The notes under the pieces: model-generated | Database searches by the model: none | Seen by the model: only the letters and a program-made list of their open reading frames with translations | Told to the model about the DNA's origin: nothing | Shown: piece after piece, positions 1 through 13,408 of the stretch | How the letters are laid out: each line of letters opens with the position of its first letter | How positions within the stretch are numbered: position 1 is the stretch's first letter | Position numbers and translations under genes: made by a program | Assembly: GCF_006345805.1 (NCBI RefSeq) | Contig: NC_043007.1 | Coordinates: forward strand, 868,001 to 932,000 | Origin: Octopus sinensis | Taxonomy: Eukaryota | DNA length: 64,000 nucleotides | Direction: 5' to 3'

Positions 1-119
1 TGCTCTTCACTCTGTGACACATTGCACTCTGCATTGATAATCTAGAAACGATTTTGCTTACATTAGGCTATGAAACATGTTAACATGTTGTTCTATATCT
101 CTTATCTGTATTGATCCTG

Positions 120-372
120 TCATCATCATCATCGTTTAACGTCCGTTTTCCATGCTAGCGTGGGTTGGACGGTTCGACTGGGGTCTGGGAAGCCAGGAGG
201 CTGCACCAGTCTCCAGTCTGATCTATCTGGCAGTGTTTCTACAGCTGGATGCCCTTCCTAACACCAACCATTCTGTGAGTGTAGTGGGTGCTTTTTACGT
301 GCCACTGGCACATGGGCCAGACAAGGCTGGCAACAGCCATGATCGGTTGGCACTTTTTACGTGCCACCAGCA
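120..372 (-). mobile_element. RTE-LINE 3' tail-derived repeat
   Basis: Reverse complement of the tail ...GGCACGTAAAAAGCACCCACTACACTC...CCAACCCATGCTAGCATGGAAAACGGACGTTAAACGATGATGATG seen joined to the RTE RT remnant at 30.2-31.5 kb. Confidence 0.85.
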
Positions 373-654
373 TGGAAGTCAATTTCCATTTCTTTAGGAT
401 GTGTTATTGCAGGCCCTACTTTTCTCTTAAACGTGTATTTTCCAGGACTATAAATTCTAGTCAGGATTCTCAAAGAAGTGTAATTTACAGATTTTCATTT
501 ATATTCATCAGTGTAGAGTTCAAACCTCATTGAACTGGGTGGTATCTTTCTTCTCTATGCTTGGTCAATAAAAAAATACTCCAGTAATGCACTGGGGTTA
601 CCGTAACTATATTGCTGCCTTCTTTCCCCCCCCCAAAAAAAAACTGGTCCAGTT

Positions 655-966
655 CATCATCATTGTTATTTAATGTCAGCTTTCCATGCTGGCATGGGTT
701 GGACGGTTTGACTGAGGGCTGGCAAACCAGATGGCTGCACCAGGCTCCAATTCAATCTGGCAAAGTTTCTACAGCTGGATGCCCTTCCTAATGCCGACCA
801 CTCCGAGAGTGTAGTGGGTGCTTTTTATGTGCCACCGACATGAGGGCTAGTCAGGCGGCACTGGTAATGACCACACTCGAATGGTACTTTTTACATGCCA
901 CCGGCACGGGACTAGTCAGCTAGCCACTAGTATCGGCCACGCTCAGATGGTGCTTTTTACGTGCCA
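655..966 (-). mobile_element. RTE-LINE 3' tail-derived repeat with internal tandem units
   Basis: Same family as 120-372; (GAT)n tail on the minus strand. Confidence 0.85.
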
Positions 967-1744
967 ATCCAGCCATAGAAAGTCTACTTTAACAAACTCA
1001 GTCCAACCCATGTGAGCATGGGAAAGTTGACATTAAAACAGTTATATGGGAGACAATTGTGTATGTGTTTCAGTCTTACTTAACCTCCTCGGTAAAACAA
1101 ATTTTTACTGAACTTACCAAATCAGTAATGAGACGGTCACTAAGCTGATGGTATGTTATTGAATGTGTTAAGTAGGCTTGAAAATTGACACTTGCAAAAG
1201 CATTGAATTATTGAAAAGCAACTTACCAAGTCATATGACCTACATGTCAGCAATATCTTACCTGTGTAGTGTAGTGTGATGAATGCATGTTTAACTGTGA
1301 TTAATATCAGGTATCAAGTTGCTTGTGTTAATTTAAAATGTTTATTTTTAAAATCTAAATAGCGAATAAAATTTCAATTCACGAATAATAAAAGTGAAAT
1401 GCCAGTTTTGTGAAAAGATTCCATCATAGTATTTTTAAATGTAAAATCCCTTAATTCTACCTGTATTCTATTACCCCTTTGATTGCAATCATGGGACTGC
1501 AGCCATGATGGGGACATTGTTTTGTAGGAGTTAGATACATTGATTCCTTTTACTTTTATTGACCCCTAATTACCACACCCAAATATATTCATGTGTGTGT
1601 ATGCACACACACATCTATCCCTTTCTCTGTTCCCTCCATCCATACATCCATCAATTCATCCGTTAACTTCAAATTTGACCCTTTCCTCCGTAAGTCTTCC
1701 ACAGTTATTCATAAACTAGCCTTCAATCTGAGACCCCCTTCGAT

Positions 1745-2055
1745 CACGACACAGACCATGGGATTGCACCTAGAAAGTTACCCTTCCAGGCACAAGTCTG
1801 GGCAAGGTTGTTTATGGAAGACCAGCAGTCACCCATGCATACTGGCCTCCCCTCTCCACGCTGCCAGTGTTACCCAAGGGAAAGGCAAAGGGGCCGATAG
1901 AGCATGGCACCTGTGACGTCGCAACTTGTTTCTTCAGCTGAGTGAACTGGAGCAACGTGAAATAAAGTGTCTTGCTCAAGAACACAACATGCAGTCCGGT
2001 CTGGGATTTGAGCTCACAACCGTAAGCTCGGCGCTCTAACCACTGCGCCATGCAG
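1745..2055 (-). mobile_element. tRNA-derived SINE (V/CORE-like body)
   Basis: Minus strand head TGGCGCAGTGGTTAGAGCG (A box), then TGTGTTCTTGAGCAAGACACTTT body. Confidence 0.75.
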
Positions 2056-2295
2056 CTTCTCTTCTAGCCTTAAATAATCTCAGTTTATTACACATGTATG
2101 AATATATGCATTTATTTATTTATGATTGTTAACTTTAACAAGGAAAAGGTTGAGAGTGACTTTGAAGTTTTTGGCTTGCTTGTCTACATCAGATAGTAAA
2201 ATAATACTTAAATGTACTGAACACTCCTTCAGTTTCATAGCAAATTGTTTTTACAACTTGACATAAAAAAAAAACTAGCAATACAATATATATAT

Positions 2296-2684
2296 AAAGC
2301 TGAAGTTGTCTGTGTACGGCAGGTTTGGTAGCCTTCAATTAACACTATCTCCTCTGAGACCCTGCAGCACAAGTTGACCAAAATTGAGAGTATGATAGAA
2401 GAAGGTTTGCTCTTCCTTGAGTAGAAGATAAAATTCAAATCGGACCATGTTAACACCAAAAATTATTTACATCAAAAAGGTGCTTTTTTTTGTATGAAAA
2501 TCCCTATTTTTTATGATTTTCTTTTTACTGCTGTGTCGCCATTTTTCAGTGTATTTCAACCAGAAAAATGTTCACTTAAAGACAATAACAAGCTACATAA
2601 TGCAAATTTTTTTACTTTTCAAAATTCCATTTCTAAAGGGTCGAAAAGAAAACAAGCCCGAGCAACGCTGGGCTATACTGCTGG
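2296..2684 (+). mobile_element. Non-autonomous Helitron-like element
   Basis: 3' hairpin GCCCGAGCAACGCTGGGC followed by TATACTG-CTGG|T (CTRR end); homologous to 37937-38327 and 47282-47677. Confidence 0.75.
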
Positions 2685-2686
2685 TG

Positions 2687-2700
<14 letters not shown>

Positions 2701-2770
<70 letters not shown>
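2701..2770. repeat. (CA)n microsatellite
   Basis: Direct observation. Confidence 0.95.
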
Positions 2771-2772
<2 letters not shown>

Positions 2773-3146
2773 ACGGGCTCCAATACATTTTTCATCTCTC
2801 AAATTTTACTCACAAGACATTGTTTAATCACCACAACCCACCACCCTTATTTTATAATAGAAGACACTTGCCCAAGGTGCCACTCTTTTGAAAATTAGTG
2901 ATGAGGAAGCAGTCCTGCTGTTGTTTAGAAAGTGCACATATTTTATATATTCGTTATTTGCTATTGTTTTTGTTAATGAGTTTGTTTTACTTGCATAAAA
3001 AAAAATTTTTTTTTGTTTGTTTTATATATTTTATATCATTGAAAAATGTTTGTGAAAAGGTTGTTAACCACTTCTGAAACTAGTCACTTGTGCAGTTTCA
3101 AGGATGTTAGCTAACAACTTAGTCATAGTAAGTTTAGTAGAGTTAA

Positions 3147-3181
<35 letters not shown>

Positions 3182-3239
3182 TGTTCCCCACCACACTCTT
3201 AGTTCTCGCCCCTCCCCCTCCCCTTTTCCACCTTCCAAT

Positions 3240-3408
3240 TAGATGTTCTTATTATTCAGTAACTACTTATGGTATTGCTCAGGACATTCATGAGGTCTCC
3301 CCACCACGACCACCACCACTGCCACTGCTGCCATCACCACTGCTACTGCTGCTATTACAGTAGCCACTTGTAGCTTTGGATCACTATCTCGTTTGTGTAT
3401 GCTGGCAT
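3240..3408 (+). other. Candidate non-coding (5'UTR-type) exon
   Basis: Follows a (CT)n tract at ~3149-3180, contains CCA/CTG triplet runs, ends in strong donor CAT|GTAAGT at 3408/3409; start uncertain. Confidence 0.3.
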
Positions 3409-3526
3409 GTAAGTGGACTCGTTCAGATTTATTTATCTACTAAATTATTCAATACATACATACATATATATACATATATATATATAATATATAGCATACT
3501 TGGAAGTGGATGCGTGGCGTTCAATC

Positions 3527-3755
3527 ATATAATAGCAAAATAATAAATAAAACATGCATATGTACATACATATATGTACATACCTACATCTATATGTATA
3601 TATACATGCATATATGGGTACAGGACACCAAAAAAACGTAGAACACAATGAGAGACGAAAACACCCATATATGCATGTATATATACATATAGATGTAGGT
3701 ATGTACATATATGTATGTATATACGCATGTTTTATTTATTATTTTGTTATTATAT
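3527..3755. repeat. Fold-back inverted repeat (~93-bp arms, 43-nt loop)
   Basis: 3527-3619 is nearly the exact reverse complement of 3663-3755. Confidence 0.9.
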
Positions 3756-4828
3756 ATATAGCATGTGTGTATGTATATGCATGTCTGTATATGTAAGTGG
3801 AAGTATTTTTGTATTAGTGTATACACACACACACACACGTGTATACATAATTCAATTTTTTTTTCTTATCCTTTCTCCCTGCTTGGCTTAACTTTCCAGG
3901 CATTCTTTCATTGAGCCCCACTTTTGTTATTGGGATTATTGGATTATTGTTGCCGTTGTTAAATCTATGCTGTCTTGTATGTATAAAACTTGTGAATTAT
4001 TTTTCTTTCATTTCGAAACGCAACCCCCCAAAAAAACCCACTTCCTAAAAAAACCTGATGTGGTGGGTTAGTTCAGAGCTGTGTCTTCCTCTTTCTGAAT
4101 TCATGTCAGGTTTGCGAATTGTTTGTAATTTCTAAACACTTGTCATTTGTAGACATTAAAAGGAGTGGGATTTTCCTCTTTGCCGATGTCTGAAATGAAC
4201 TTCATTTATTTATTTAAAAAAAAAAAATTTTTTTTAAAACTGACATTTCCATATTGAAAGTTATTCTAACTTTGAGGAAGATAATTTCCAAAAATAAGCT
4301 AAAATCATTCTTTTTTTCTAATCATAAATTTTTTTTTGTGTGTGTGTGTGTGTGTGTGTAATTTGACTAAATTTGATAGAAAGGAAGGCTTCATGGAAAT
4401 GTGGTGAAATATAATGAAACCTGATGGTTCATCTCTGTTTGCTTTGTCTATTCAAGGTTGATGTGTTACAAATATAAAAAAAGCAAAAAAACAAAACAAA
4501 ACAAAAACAAACAACCAACCAACCAAGCAAGCAAACATAAAATGGGTGCCACATGGCTACATGATGAATGCTCATTTGAAATGTTTAAATTAATTGCTCT
4601 TGTATTTGCTTTGGTTTAAACGAGATGGTTTAAATATCTGCCTTTTTAATGGGAAACTAAATTTAGGAGTTTTTTTTTTTTGTCGTTTAACATTTTCATT
4701 ATGAATGTTTTGTGATGATAAAAATGATGTATGTTTATAATAATAATAACAGGCTTAAGTTTTTTTTTGTATATAAATAGCAAATTATTGATTGATATAT
4801 ACAGGAATAAAATTAAAAATATAGAAAT

Positions 4829-5218
4829 AGGCGCAGGAGTGGCTGTGTGGTAAGTAGCTTGCCTACCAACCACATGGTTCTGGGTTCAGTCCCACTGCGT
4901 GGCACCTTGGGCAAGTGTCTTCTGCTATAGCCTCGGGCCGACCAAAGCCTTGTGAGTGGATTTGGTAGACGGAAACTGAAAGAAGCCTGTCGTATATATG
5001 TATATATGTATGTGTGTGTATGTGTCTGTGTTTGTCCCTCTAGCATTGCTTGACAACCGATGCTGGTGTGTTTACGTCCCCATTACTTAGCGGTTCGGCA
5101 AAAAAAAAAAACCGATAGAATAAGTACCAAAAGAATAAGTCCCGGGGTCGATTTGCTTGACTAAAGGCGGTGCTCCAGCATGGCCGCAGTCAAATGACTG
5201 AAACAAGTAAAAGAGTAA
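4829..5218 (+). mobile_element. tRNA-derived CORE-like SINE (octopus OR-type), full length
   Basis: A box TGGCTGTGTGG, B box GGTTCAGTCCC, CORE-like CACCTTGGGCAAGTG, internal microsatellite, tail ...CAGCATGGCCGCAGTCAAATGACTGAAACAAGTAAAAGAG. Confidence 0.85.
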
Positions 5219-6299
5219 ATGAATGTAAGGATGGGGTTGTCGAGAGAAGGGTTAATTGCATTAGATAATGGGTCTTATATCAATCGCATTCCCTAATCTG
5301 ATACATAATTGACCCTTATTTGGGGCATTTCGTCTGAATCTCTTGATTTCTGTTCTGTTAGATGATGATGATGTTTTATTGTAAGGTGGCGAGTTGGAAG
5401 AGTTGTTAGAGTGGCAGACAGAATGCCCCGTGGTATTTGTTGTGATTCTTTGTTCACGGTTCAAATCTTGAAGTCAGCAGTACTGTTGTCTCCCCGAGGT
5501 TGATAAAATAAAGTACCAGCAAATATGAGCATTGATGGTATTGATTAACCTCCTTAATTTATGGCATTAATTAAGTTAATGATTATAATTATTTTATTGT
5601 ATGCCGTTTTGATGTTTTTATACAAAATACTCAAGATTATTTAAAGTACATTTTGTAGCATTTCTGTCAAAACATTCAAATTTTAAATACATACCTTGCA
5701 ACTTGGATAATGGCATTAAATTAGAATTCTCCTTCACTGTTTACCCCTCCCCACTTCTCGCAAAGAAAACAAGGGGGAAAAATCCCATTTTGTTAGCATT
5801 TCTTTTAAGAATGATTTGATAAAAATAAATTGTATTTGTCACTTCAATTTGTAGATTTTAAAGTAACAAGTTTTTGTGAAATGCCTTCATGCGCTGGAAT
5901 TAATTTGGTGGAGTTTGTGAAAAATTGCTGACTGACCTATATTTCTAATATAAGAGAATAAGGCTAATGATTTTGAGGAGAGGGGCTTAGTTCGTTATGT
6001 TGATCTCAGTATATGCTTGATGATTTATTTTATCAATGCTGGAAGAAAGAGAGGTAAAGTCCACCTCGGATTTAAACTATGTCATGGTTTTTGTGCTTAT
6101 GTTAATGACTGCATCAAATAAATTCTACTAATACCGGGATTTGTTAAGTTGGTTTGTTTACGTCCCTGTAACAACATTTAGTAAAAAACCTAGAATAAGT
6201 ACGTACCAAGCACGGGTTGATTTGATCGATTAAAACTTTCATGCTTTTACTCCAGCATGGCCATTGAAAAAAAGAAAACCCGAAACATAAAAGAATACT

Positions 6300-6714
6300 T
6301 GTTTACTCTTTTTTACTCTTTTACTTGTTTCAGTAATTTGACTGGCCATGCTGGAGCACTGCCTTTAGTCGAGCAAATCAACCTCAGGACTTATTCTTTG
6401 TAAGCTTAGTATTTATTCTATCAGTCTCTTTTGCTGAACCGCTAAGTTACGATGATGTAAACACACCAGCATCGGTTGTCAAACGATGTTGGGGGGACAA
6501 ACACAGACTCACAAACATACACACTCACATATACATATGTATGTATATATATATACAATGGGCTTCTTTCAGTTTCTGTCTACCAAATCCACTCACAAGG
6601 CTTTGGTTGGCCCGTGGCTATAGTAGAAGACACTTGCCCAAGGTGCCACGCAGTGGGACTGAACCCAGAATCATGTGGTTGGTAAACAAGCTACTTACCA
6701 CACAGCCACATCCT
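6300..6714 (-). mobile_element. CORE-like OR-type SINE
   Basis: Reverse complement of 4829-5218. Confidence 0.85.
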
Positions 6715-7723
6715 ATTTTTCTATGGTTGCAGAAATAAAAAGGTTTTTATAAATTAAGATATCTATATTCAAATTTTGATGTATTTGCCTGGTAAGTAAT
6801 TTGATCGGAGACTGTTTGGAACCCAAAACAATCACAGCAGAGAAGATGCCTATTAGCCATTCAGTAGCACACAAAGGCTTAACTTCATTTAAACATTTAT
6901 TGTTTGATGTCAAAATTCTCATCACGCTAACTGTGACCTGGTCACTGACACCAGATGATAAATGTTTAAGTGAAGTTGAGTTGTGTGTTTTTAAACAGCT
7001 ACTGTAGGTCTTCCGTGCTGTGGCTGTTATTCAAATTTAGATATTTATGTTCTCTGAGAACGTTGTATTGATTATTCCTCTCTCCTCTTTTGTCTTTTCT
7101 GGTGCTACAGTGGTAAGATTCTTAAAAACAAAGCATAGTTATTTCCGTTGTCGATTTTCCTTACGTAAAGCGTGATTTAATTAAGTGGTAATTCCAAGCT
7201 GTGTTAAATATCTACTCGTGGTTATAAGCCATTTGTTTATGGATTATAGGTAAGTTGTGATGAGGAATATTAAAGCCGGGTCTGTTGCTTAAATTGACAA
7301 CTATTATTTATCAGTTTGGATATTGGTTGTGATGGCATCTCGAGGGAGTTCAGTCTGGGGAATAGAAATGGATAGAAGTTGAACGGAATTCATCATGGAT
7401 ATCCGAAGAAATTGATGGAGGTTATTAAATCAGTGAATTTCCAAAGAACAGGATTCCAGTTGCGATTTTGTAAATCCTGTTGATTGATTTAGTGAAAGGA
7501 TAGAATTGGTTTGCGGGTTTATGGATTACTGATTTAAACCTCATTTAAAAGGTTTGAATTGAAATTAACCCTTTATAGCATTCAGATAACTCTGTCAAAT
7601 GTAATGCTTATATTTACGTTGTTTTGAATTAAACATATATTATCTTATATAGTTCTGTATTTAAGAGATGAGGAATTATGTACATTATTTACATTTGATG
7701 GATATTTGTCCTCATCTTGTTTG

Positions 7724-7956
7724 TTGTTAACACAAGGTTTCAGCTGATATACCCTCCAGCCCTCATCAGGTGTCTTGGGGGAAATTTCGAACTTGGGTTC
7801 TCATTCCTAAGTCCTCATTTGATGTTGTTAATAATAATAATAATAATAGTAATAATAATATCGAAAAATACCTTAGGAATGAGAACCCAGGTTCGAAATT
7901 TCCCCAAGACACCTGATGAAGGCTGGAGGATATACCAGCCAAAACATTGTTAACAA
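7724..7956. mobile_element. Fold-back element with hammerhead motif in each arm
   Basis: Arms 7724-7811 and 7872-7956 around an (AAT)n spacer; same family as 40861-41180. Confidence 0.8.
7729..7774 (-). ncRNA. Minimal type I hammerhead ribozyme (slightly degenerate)
   Basis: GACAC-CTGATGA-GGGCTG..CAGCT-GAAA-C-CTT-GTGTT; helix I GACAC/GTGTT; cleavage triplet context mutated. Confidence 0.55.
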
Positions 7957-8459
7957 TGTTTAAAAATGAAATTGTAAGGTAGGTGTGAGAGGCTGGATGT
8001 GGCTGGTTTCAACATAAAACAGAGTATTTGAGATTGATATGGTTTGGGATAAACCCCAAACTTCTATACTACCGGTTCTCTCTATTATATGTAATGACAT
8101 TATGAATGTATAAACAGGAGGTTCTCACTAAAACAGTGAATAGTGGTAATCGGTGAATGTGAATAATTCTTGGAGAAATAATATCAGGAAGTTGTGATGG
8201 GGATTCCATTTAGTTAGTCTGACCGTTCTTGGAGACTGGAGTCATTTTCTCCATAATATCTCTTACTGGTATGGTGTGTCTCTTGTTAATGACTGAATAG
8301 TTATCACTGAAGTTGAGGAGAGGTCATTAAATGTAATAGCAGTAATACACCAGGGATGATTGCAGTAATTACATAACTGTTGGTTGTAGAATGTTACATT
8401 TAACTGGTCATAAATTGTACAAGTATCTCGGTGTAGAATATGGTTGTATACTTTTGTTT

Positions 8460-8818
8460 GTTATAGTTATTTGACTGTGGCCATGCTGGAGCACCTCTTT
8501 TAGTCAAACAAATCGACCCTCCCCAGGACTTATTCTTTGTAAGCCCAGTACTTATTCTACTGGTCTCTTTTGCTGAACTGCTAAGTCACGAGGATGTAAA
8601 CACACCAACATCGGTTGTCAAGCGATGGTGGGGGGACAAGCCCAAGCACACATGACAGGCTTCTTTCAGTTTCCGTCTACCAAATCCACTCACAAGGCTT
8701 TGTTTGGCCCAAGGCTATAGTAGAAGACACTTGCCCAAAGTGCCACACAGTAGGACTGAACCCAGAACCATGTGGTTGGTAGGCAAGCTACTTACCACAC
8801 AGCCACTCTTGCGCCTAT
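8460..8818 (-). mobile_element. CORE-like OR-type SINE
   Basis: Homology to 4829-5218. Confidence 0.85.
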
Positions 8819-9659
8819 TGGTTAAGTTCATTTCATAACCATGTGGTTTTGGGTTCAGTCCCACTGTACGGAATGAATGGAAGGTGGACGTTAAACCATG
8901 ATGATGTCTATGTGTTTATTTACATTTGTGCTTCCCAAGACTATGATTGATATCATTGCTGTCATTTCCTCTGACAAGCAAATCATTTGCTGGTTCTGTA
9001 CTTTCAAGGCTGCATGGAAAAAGAGGCCTTCTTCTTGAAACAGAAAGGGCATCTAGCTGCAAAGCTGTTGCACCAATAATATATTCATGTAACCTATGCT
9101 AGCATAGCAAATCAGGAAAAATTTAATTTTTGAATTTGTAGAATGTCAACTAATTTCAGCTCCTATGTAAAATGTTTTCTTTTTGAGCTCAAAAACTCGG
9201 AAATTTTTCTGTTCTTTGCAACAGGATAATGCTATTATAGTCAGTTCTTTCGGCCCAAAATAGTCTGTTCTTGTTGGTGATAAATATTGAATCATTAACT
9301 TGAGCAATAATGCAATTGTTGGTAATTGGAATTAATTAGAATTAGCTGTATTAGTGATAATTATTTTTACACAATTTCTTGTGAATTTGGTTTTGGAAAG
9401 TTCAATTAAAAAATAAAGTGGAATTCTTTGAGAGATCTGAATTAATTACAGAACGCTTTGTTCGTTTGATTAAGATGTTCAGAGCAGGCAATTTGTATTA
9501 AATTGGCAGTGTCTTCAGAATGTTAATTGTAGGTTGTTGCCTTGTCCCTTCATTTATCTATTTTCGTTTCTGAAGTCACACTTTTCAATCATGGTTTCTG
9601 TGTGTGTGTGTGTGTCTGTGGCCACAAAGAATGGTTTCTCCAACATTCTGTATCTTCTA

Positions 9660-11170
9660 TCATTTACTTGCTTCACTCATTAGACTGCAGCCATGCTGGG
9701 GCACTGACTTAAAGGGGTTTAGTTGAGTAAATTGACTCCCAATGCATTTTTTTTTTTTTTTAAATCTGGTACTTTCTAAAAATTTTTGCTGAACCACTAA
9801 GTTACAGGGATGTAAACAAACCAACAGCAGTTGTCAAGTGATTGTAAGGGGGGATGCAAGCATACACACACATAAGCTTCTTTCAGTTTCCGCCTATCAA
9901 ATCCACTCATCAGGCTTTGGCTGACTTGGCACTACAGTAGAAGACACTTGCCCAAGGTGCCACACAGTGGGACCAAACCTGGAACCGTGTGATTGGGGAG
10001 CAAAACTCTTACCTCACAGCCATGCCTGTGCCCTTAAAAGAATGTTTATTCCTTTATTTGCTTTGTTTCAGTCCTCGGGCTTCAACCATTATGGGGGTTC
10101 CAGTCTCGAAGATTTTAGTCAGTCAGTCATTCCCACTCCCAAGTACTTAATTACTTATTTTAAAGTCCGCTACTTTGTTGGACCCTTTTTGTCAAACTGC
10201 TAAATTACAGGGACATAAAACAAACCAACAGTTTCAAACCTCACCTGAATGTCAGGGTTATTTTGATGTTTTTTTTTTTATTTTCAAAATTAATTGAAAA
10301 AAAAAGGGAGTGTATTTCACCAGAAATATGGTAAAGAAGGGGTTAAACCACACAACCATTTTTTTTTGTCTCTGTTTGTCTTTTAGTATTATTTTAAAAT
10401 TCATATCTTTTATTTTATCTTTCACTTGTTTTAGTCATTGGGACACTGCATTTGTGGGGTCAGTTGAACTAATCGACCCCCCTAGTAAATTTCTAGTTGG
10501 GTACTTATTCTATCGTTCTCTTCTACTGAACTGCTAAGTTACGAGGATGTAGACAAACCAACACTGGTTGCCAGGGGCAAACACAAAGACGCACACAAAT
10601 ATATAATGACAGGCTTCCATCCTGTTTCTGTCTGTTAGATTCATTTTCAAAGCATTGTTGGCCCCAGGCAGTTGTAGAAGATCCTTGCCCAAAGTGCCAA
10701 GCAGTGGGACTGAACCTGCAACCACATGGCTGCAAAGTGAACATCTTAACCTCACAGCCATGTCTGTGCCTAGAAAGGATTTTGGGAATAAAAATATTCT
10801 ACATACATATCTTTTAACTTGTTTCAGTCATTTGATGTGGCCATGCTGGGGCACCACCTTGAATTTTTAGTTGGATGAATTGACCCCAGAACCTTGTTTT
10901 TTTTTTCTTTTGAAGCCTGGTATTTATTCTATTGGTCTCTTTTGCCAAACCACTAAGTTACTGAGATGTAAACACACCAACACTGGTTGTTAAGTGGTGA
11001 AGGTGGACACATACACGATGGGCTTCTTTCAGTTTCTGCCTACCAAATCTACTCACAGCGTTGGTCAGCCTGAGGCTGTAATAGAAGACACTTGTCTAAG
11101 GCGTCACACAGTGGGTTTGAACCCTGAAACATGAAGTTGGGAAGCTTCTTACCACACAGCTATGTTTGCA
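9660..11170 (-). mobile_element. Cluster of three older OR-type SINEs (~9660-10032, 10425-10770, 10815-11170)
   Basis: Each shows reverse-complement tail, body and head of the same SINE. Confidence 0.8.
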
Positions 11171-11172
11171 CT

Positions 11173-11207
<35 letters not shown>

Positions 11208-11239
11208 TATATAATATATATATATATAAATATATCACC

Positions 11240-11540
11240 GTGACCGACCAGGCTTTCAGATGTTGCTACACATCGCTGGTCACAATGCGCTTCGCATGGT
11301 TTTAGTCTTCAAATGACGCCACCCCGCAGGCTAAGCGAGCAGGCCAACAGAAGAAAGAGTGAGAGAAAGTTGTGGCGAAAGAGTACAGCAGGGATCACCA
11401 CCACCCCTTGCCGGAGCCTCGTGGAGCTTTAGGTGTTTTCGCTCAATAAACACTGACAACGCCCGGTCTGGGAATTGAAACTGCGATCCTACGACCGCGA
11501 GTCCTGCTACTCTAACCACTGGGCCTTTGCGCCTCCATAT
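11240..11540 (-). mobile_element. tRNA-derived SINE (second family)
   Basis: Minus head ..CCCAGTGGTTAGAGTAGCAGGACTCGCGGTCGTAGGATCGCAGTTTCAATTCCC; head shared with 32520-32820. Confidence 0.75.
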
Positions 11541-12139
11541 ATATATATATAAAATTCAAGAAAGCAGAACCTGTCATATGTAAAATACTTGGGGTAAGAC
11601 ACTGAAAAAATTTGAGGGAGTGTGTGTGTGTTGTGTCTAACGTTACTGAAGTTGAGCACACAACACTAGTAGCTTCATGTTGACTTGGTCTGTTTTTATA
11701 TATCTATTTTATATATTCATTTAATTTGCTTCTGTTGGGGCGGGGGTGGAATTGGCCATTTTTGTTCTGAAATGTAATGAATAGTCTGTAATAATACTTT
11801 TAGGTAGCTCTGTCTCTTTCTCTTCCTCTTTGTAGTTTCACTTTCTGTTTCAATAATTGACATAAGAATGGTTTTCAAATTTATTTCACAGTCTGTCTGT
11901 TCTGCATTGGTAGTAGTAATGATGATGATGATGATGAAGTTTTTGAGGGTGGGTGTGGATTTGATTCGTTAATTATTGGAAGATTTTTCTGTTAATATAA
12001 AAAGTTCCAAGAAAAAAAATTGTTTCTTTCGGAGAGTGACGCTGGTGGCGGCAACGGCGGCGGTTTTAATATTGCAGCATTTGACTTTAACAAGTTTATA
12101 TGAAAGGGTGTTTAACAAAAGCAGTGTGGTGTCTGTGCG

Positions 12140-12181
12140 TGTGTATATATATATATAAAATTCTTTCTGTATGCATCCATG

Positions 12182-12212
<31 letters not shown>

Positions 12213-12222
12213 GTGTGTGTGT

Positions 12223-12256
<34 letters not shown>

Positions 12257-12295
12257 TATAATATATAATATATATATACACATATATATATATAG

Positions 12296-12328
<33 letters not shown>

Positions 12329-12340
12329 ACACATATATAT

Positions 12341-12398
<58 letters not shown>

Positions 12399-12402
12399 TA
12401 TC

Positions 12403-12433
<31 letters not shown>

Positions 12434-12524
12434 TACACATATATATATATACATATATATACACTATATATATATATATATATATACATATATATACACA
12501 TATATTATATACATATATATACAC

Positions 12525-12566
<42 letters not shown>

Positions 12567-12635
12567 ATATACACATATATATATATAACATATATATATA
12601 TATTATATACACATATATATACATATATATACACA

Positions 12636-12667
<32 letters not shown>

Positions 12668-12762
12668 CATACATACACATATATATATATAAAATTCTTT
12701 TTGTATGCATCCGTGTAATATATGTGTGTGTGTGTATATATATATATTTATACATACACATG

Positions 12763-12798
<36 letters not shown>

Positions 12799-12831
12799 TT
12801 TATACATACACATGTATGTATGTGTGTGTAT

Positions 12832-12879
<48 letters not shown>

Positions 12880-12930
12880 TATATACATACACATACTTGT
12901 GTGTTTATTATATGTATATAAAAGAACAGT
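12140..12930. repeat. Large compound (AT)n/(ATAC)n microsatellite
   Basis: Direct observation. Confidence 0.95.
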
Positions 12931-13341
12931 TTTAGTGCTGTTCTGCCAGCCACAACATGATGAGGTTTTCTGCAATTATCTATTGATTATTTACTAGTTC
13001 GAATATGATCAATAGTGTGGATAATAAAAAAAAAAAAAAGAAAAGAAAAAAAAAAACGGAATAGAAAAGAACCCCCCCCCCTTGTTGTGGCGAATAGTTT
13101 CTATCTCTTTTATTCTTCAGCGTTTGTAGTGTATATATATTTTTCTTTTGTATTGTTGTTTTGGTGGTTCTGTCTAACGAGAAGTTTATTTAGAATTTCT
13201 CTCACATTCAAAGACATTTGTTTGCAGTGATTGATTCCTTGTCTTCGCTATTCTTTCTTGTCCAACTTCAGCTCTTCTTCTCTTACGTGTCTATCTTATT
13301 ACTCTCTATTCTTTTGTTGTCGATCTATATTCATTTCCCTT

Positions 13342-13366
13342 TATAATAATAATAATAACAATAACA

Positions 13367-13406
<40 letters not shown>

Positions 13407-13408
13407 TG
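13342..13408. repeat. (AAT)n microsatellite
   Basis: Direct observation. Confidence 0.95.

Larger units (their letters stand above)
7130..8455 (-). mobile_element. Degenerate Penelope-like element remnant (rearranged)
   Basis: Minus-strand frames give fragments such as CNYCNHPWCIT and NFFGYP, loosely resembling PLE Cys-rich and thumb regions; encloses a hammerhead-bearing inverted repeat; many stops. Confidence 0.4.

Noticed and set aside
4829-4900. tRNA-like heads in SINEs as tRNA genes
   Set aside because: A/B boxes only; no full cloverleaf; continuous with SINE bodies
12112-12997. Long Y/I/H/T/C/V-rich ORFs (also 2.5-2.9, 28.3-29.4, 32.8-33.2, 35.4-35.9 kb)
   Set aside because: Translations of dinucleotide microsatellites, not genes
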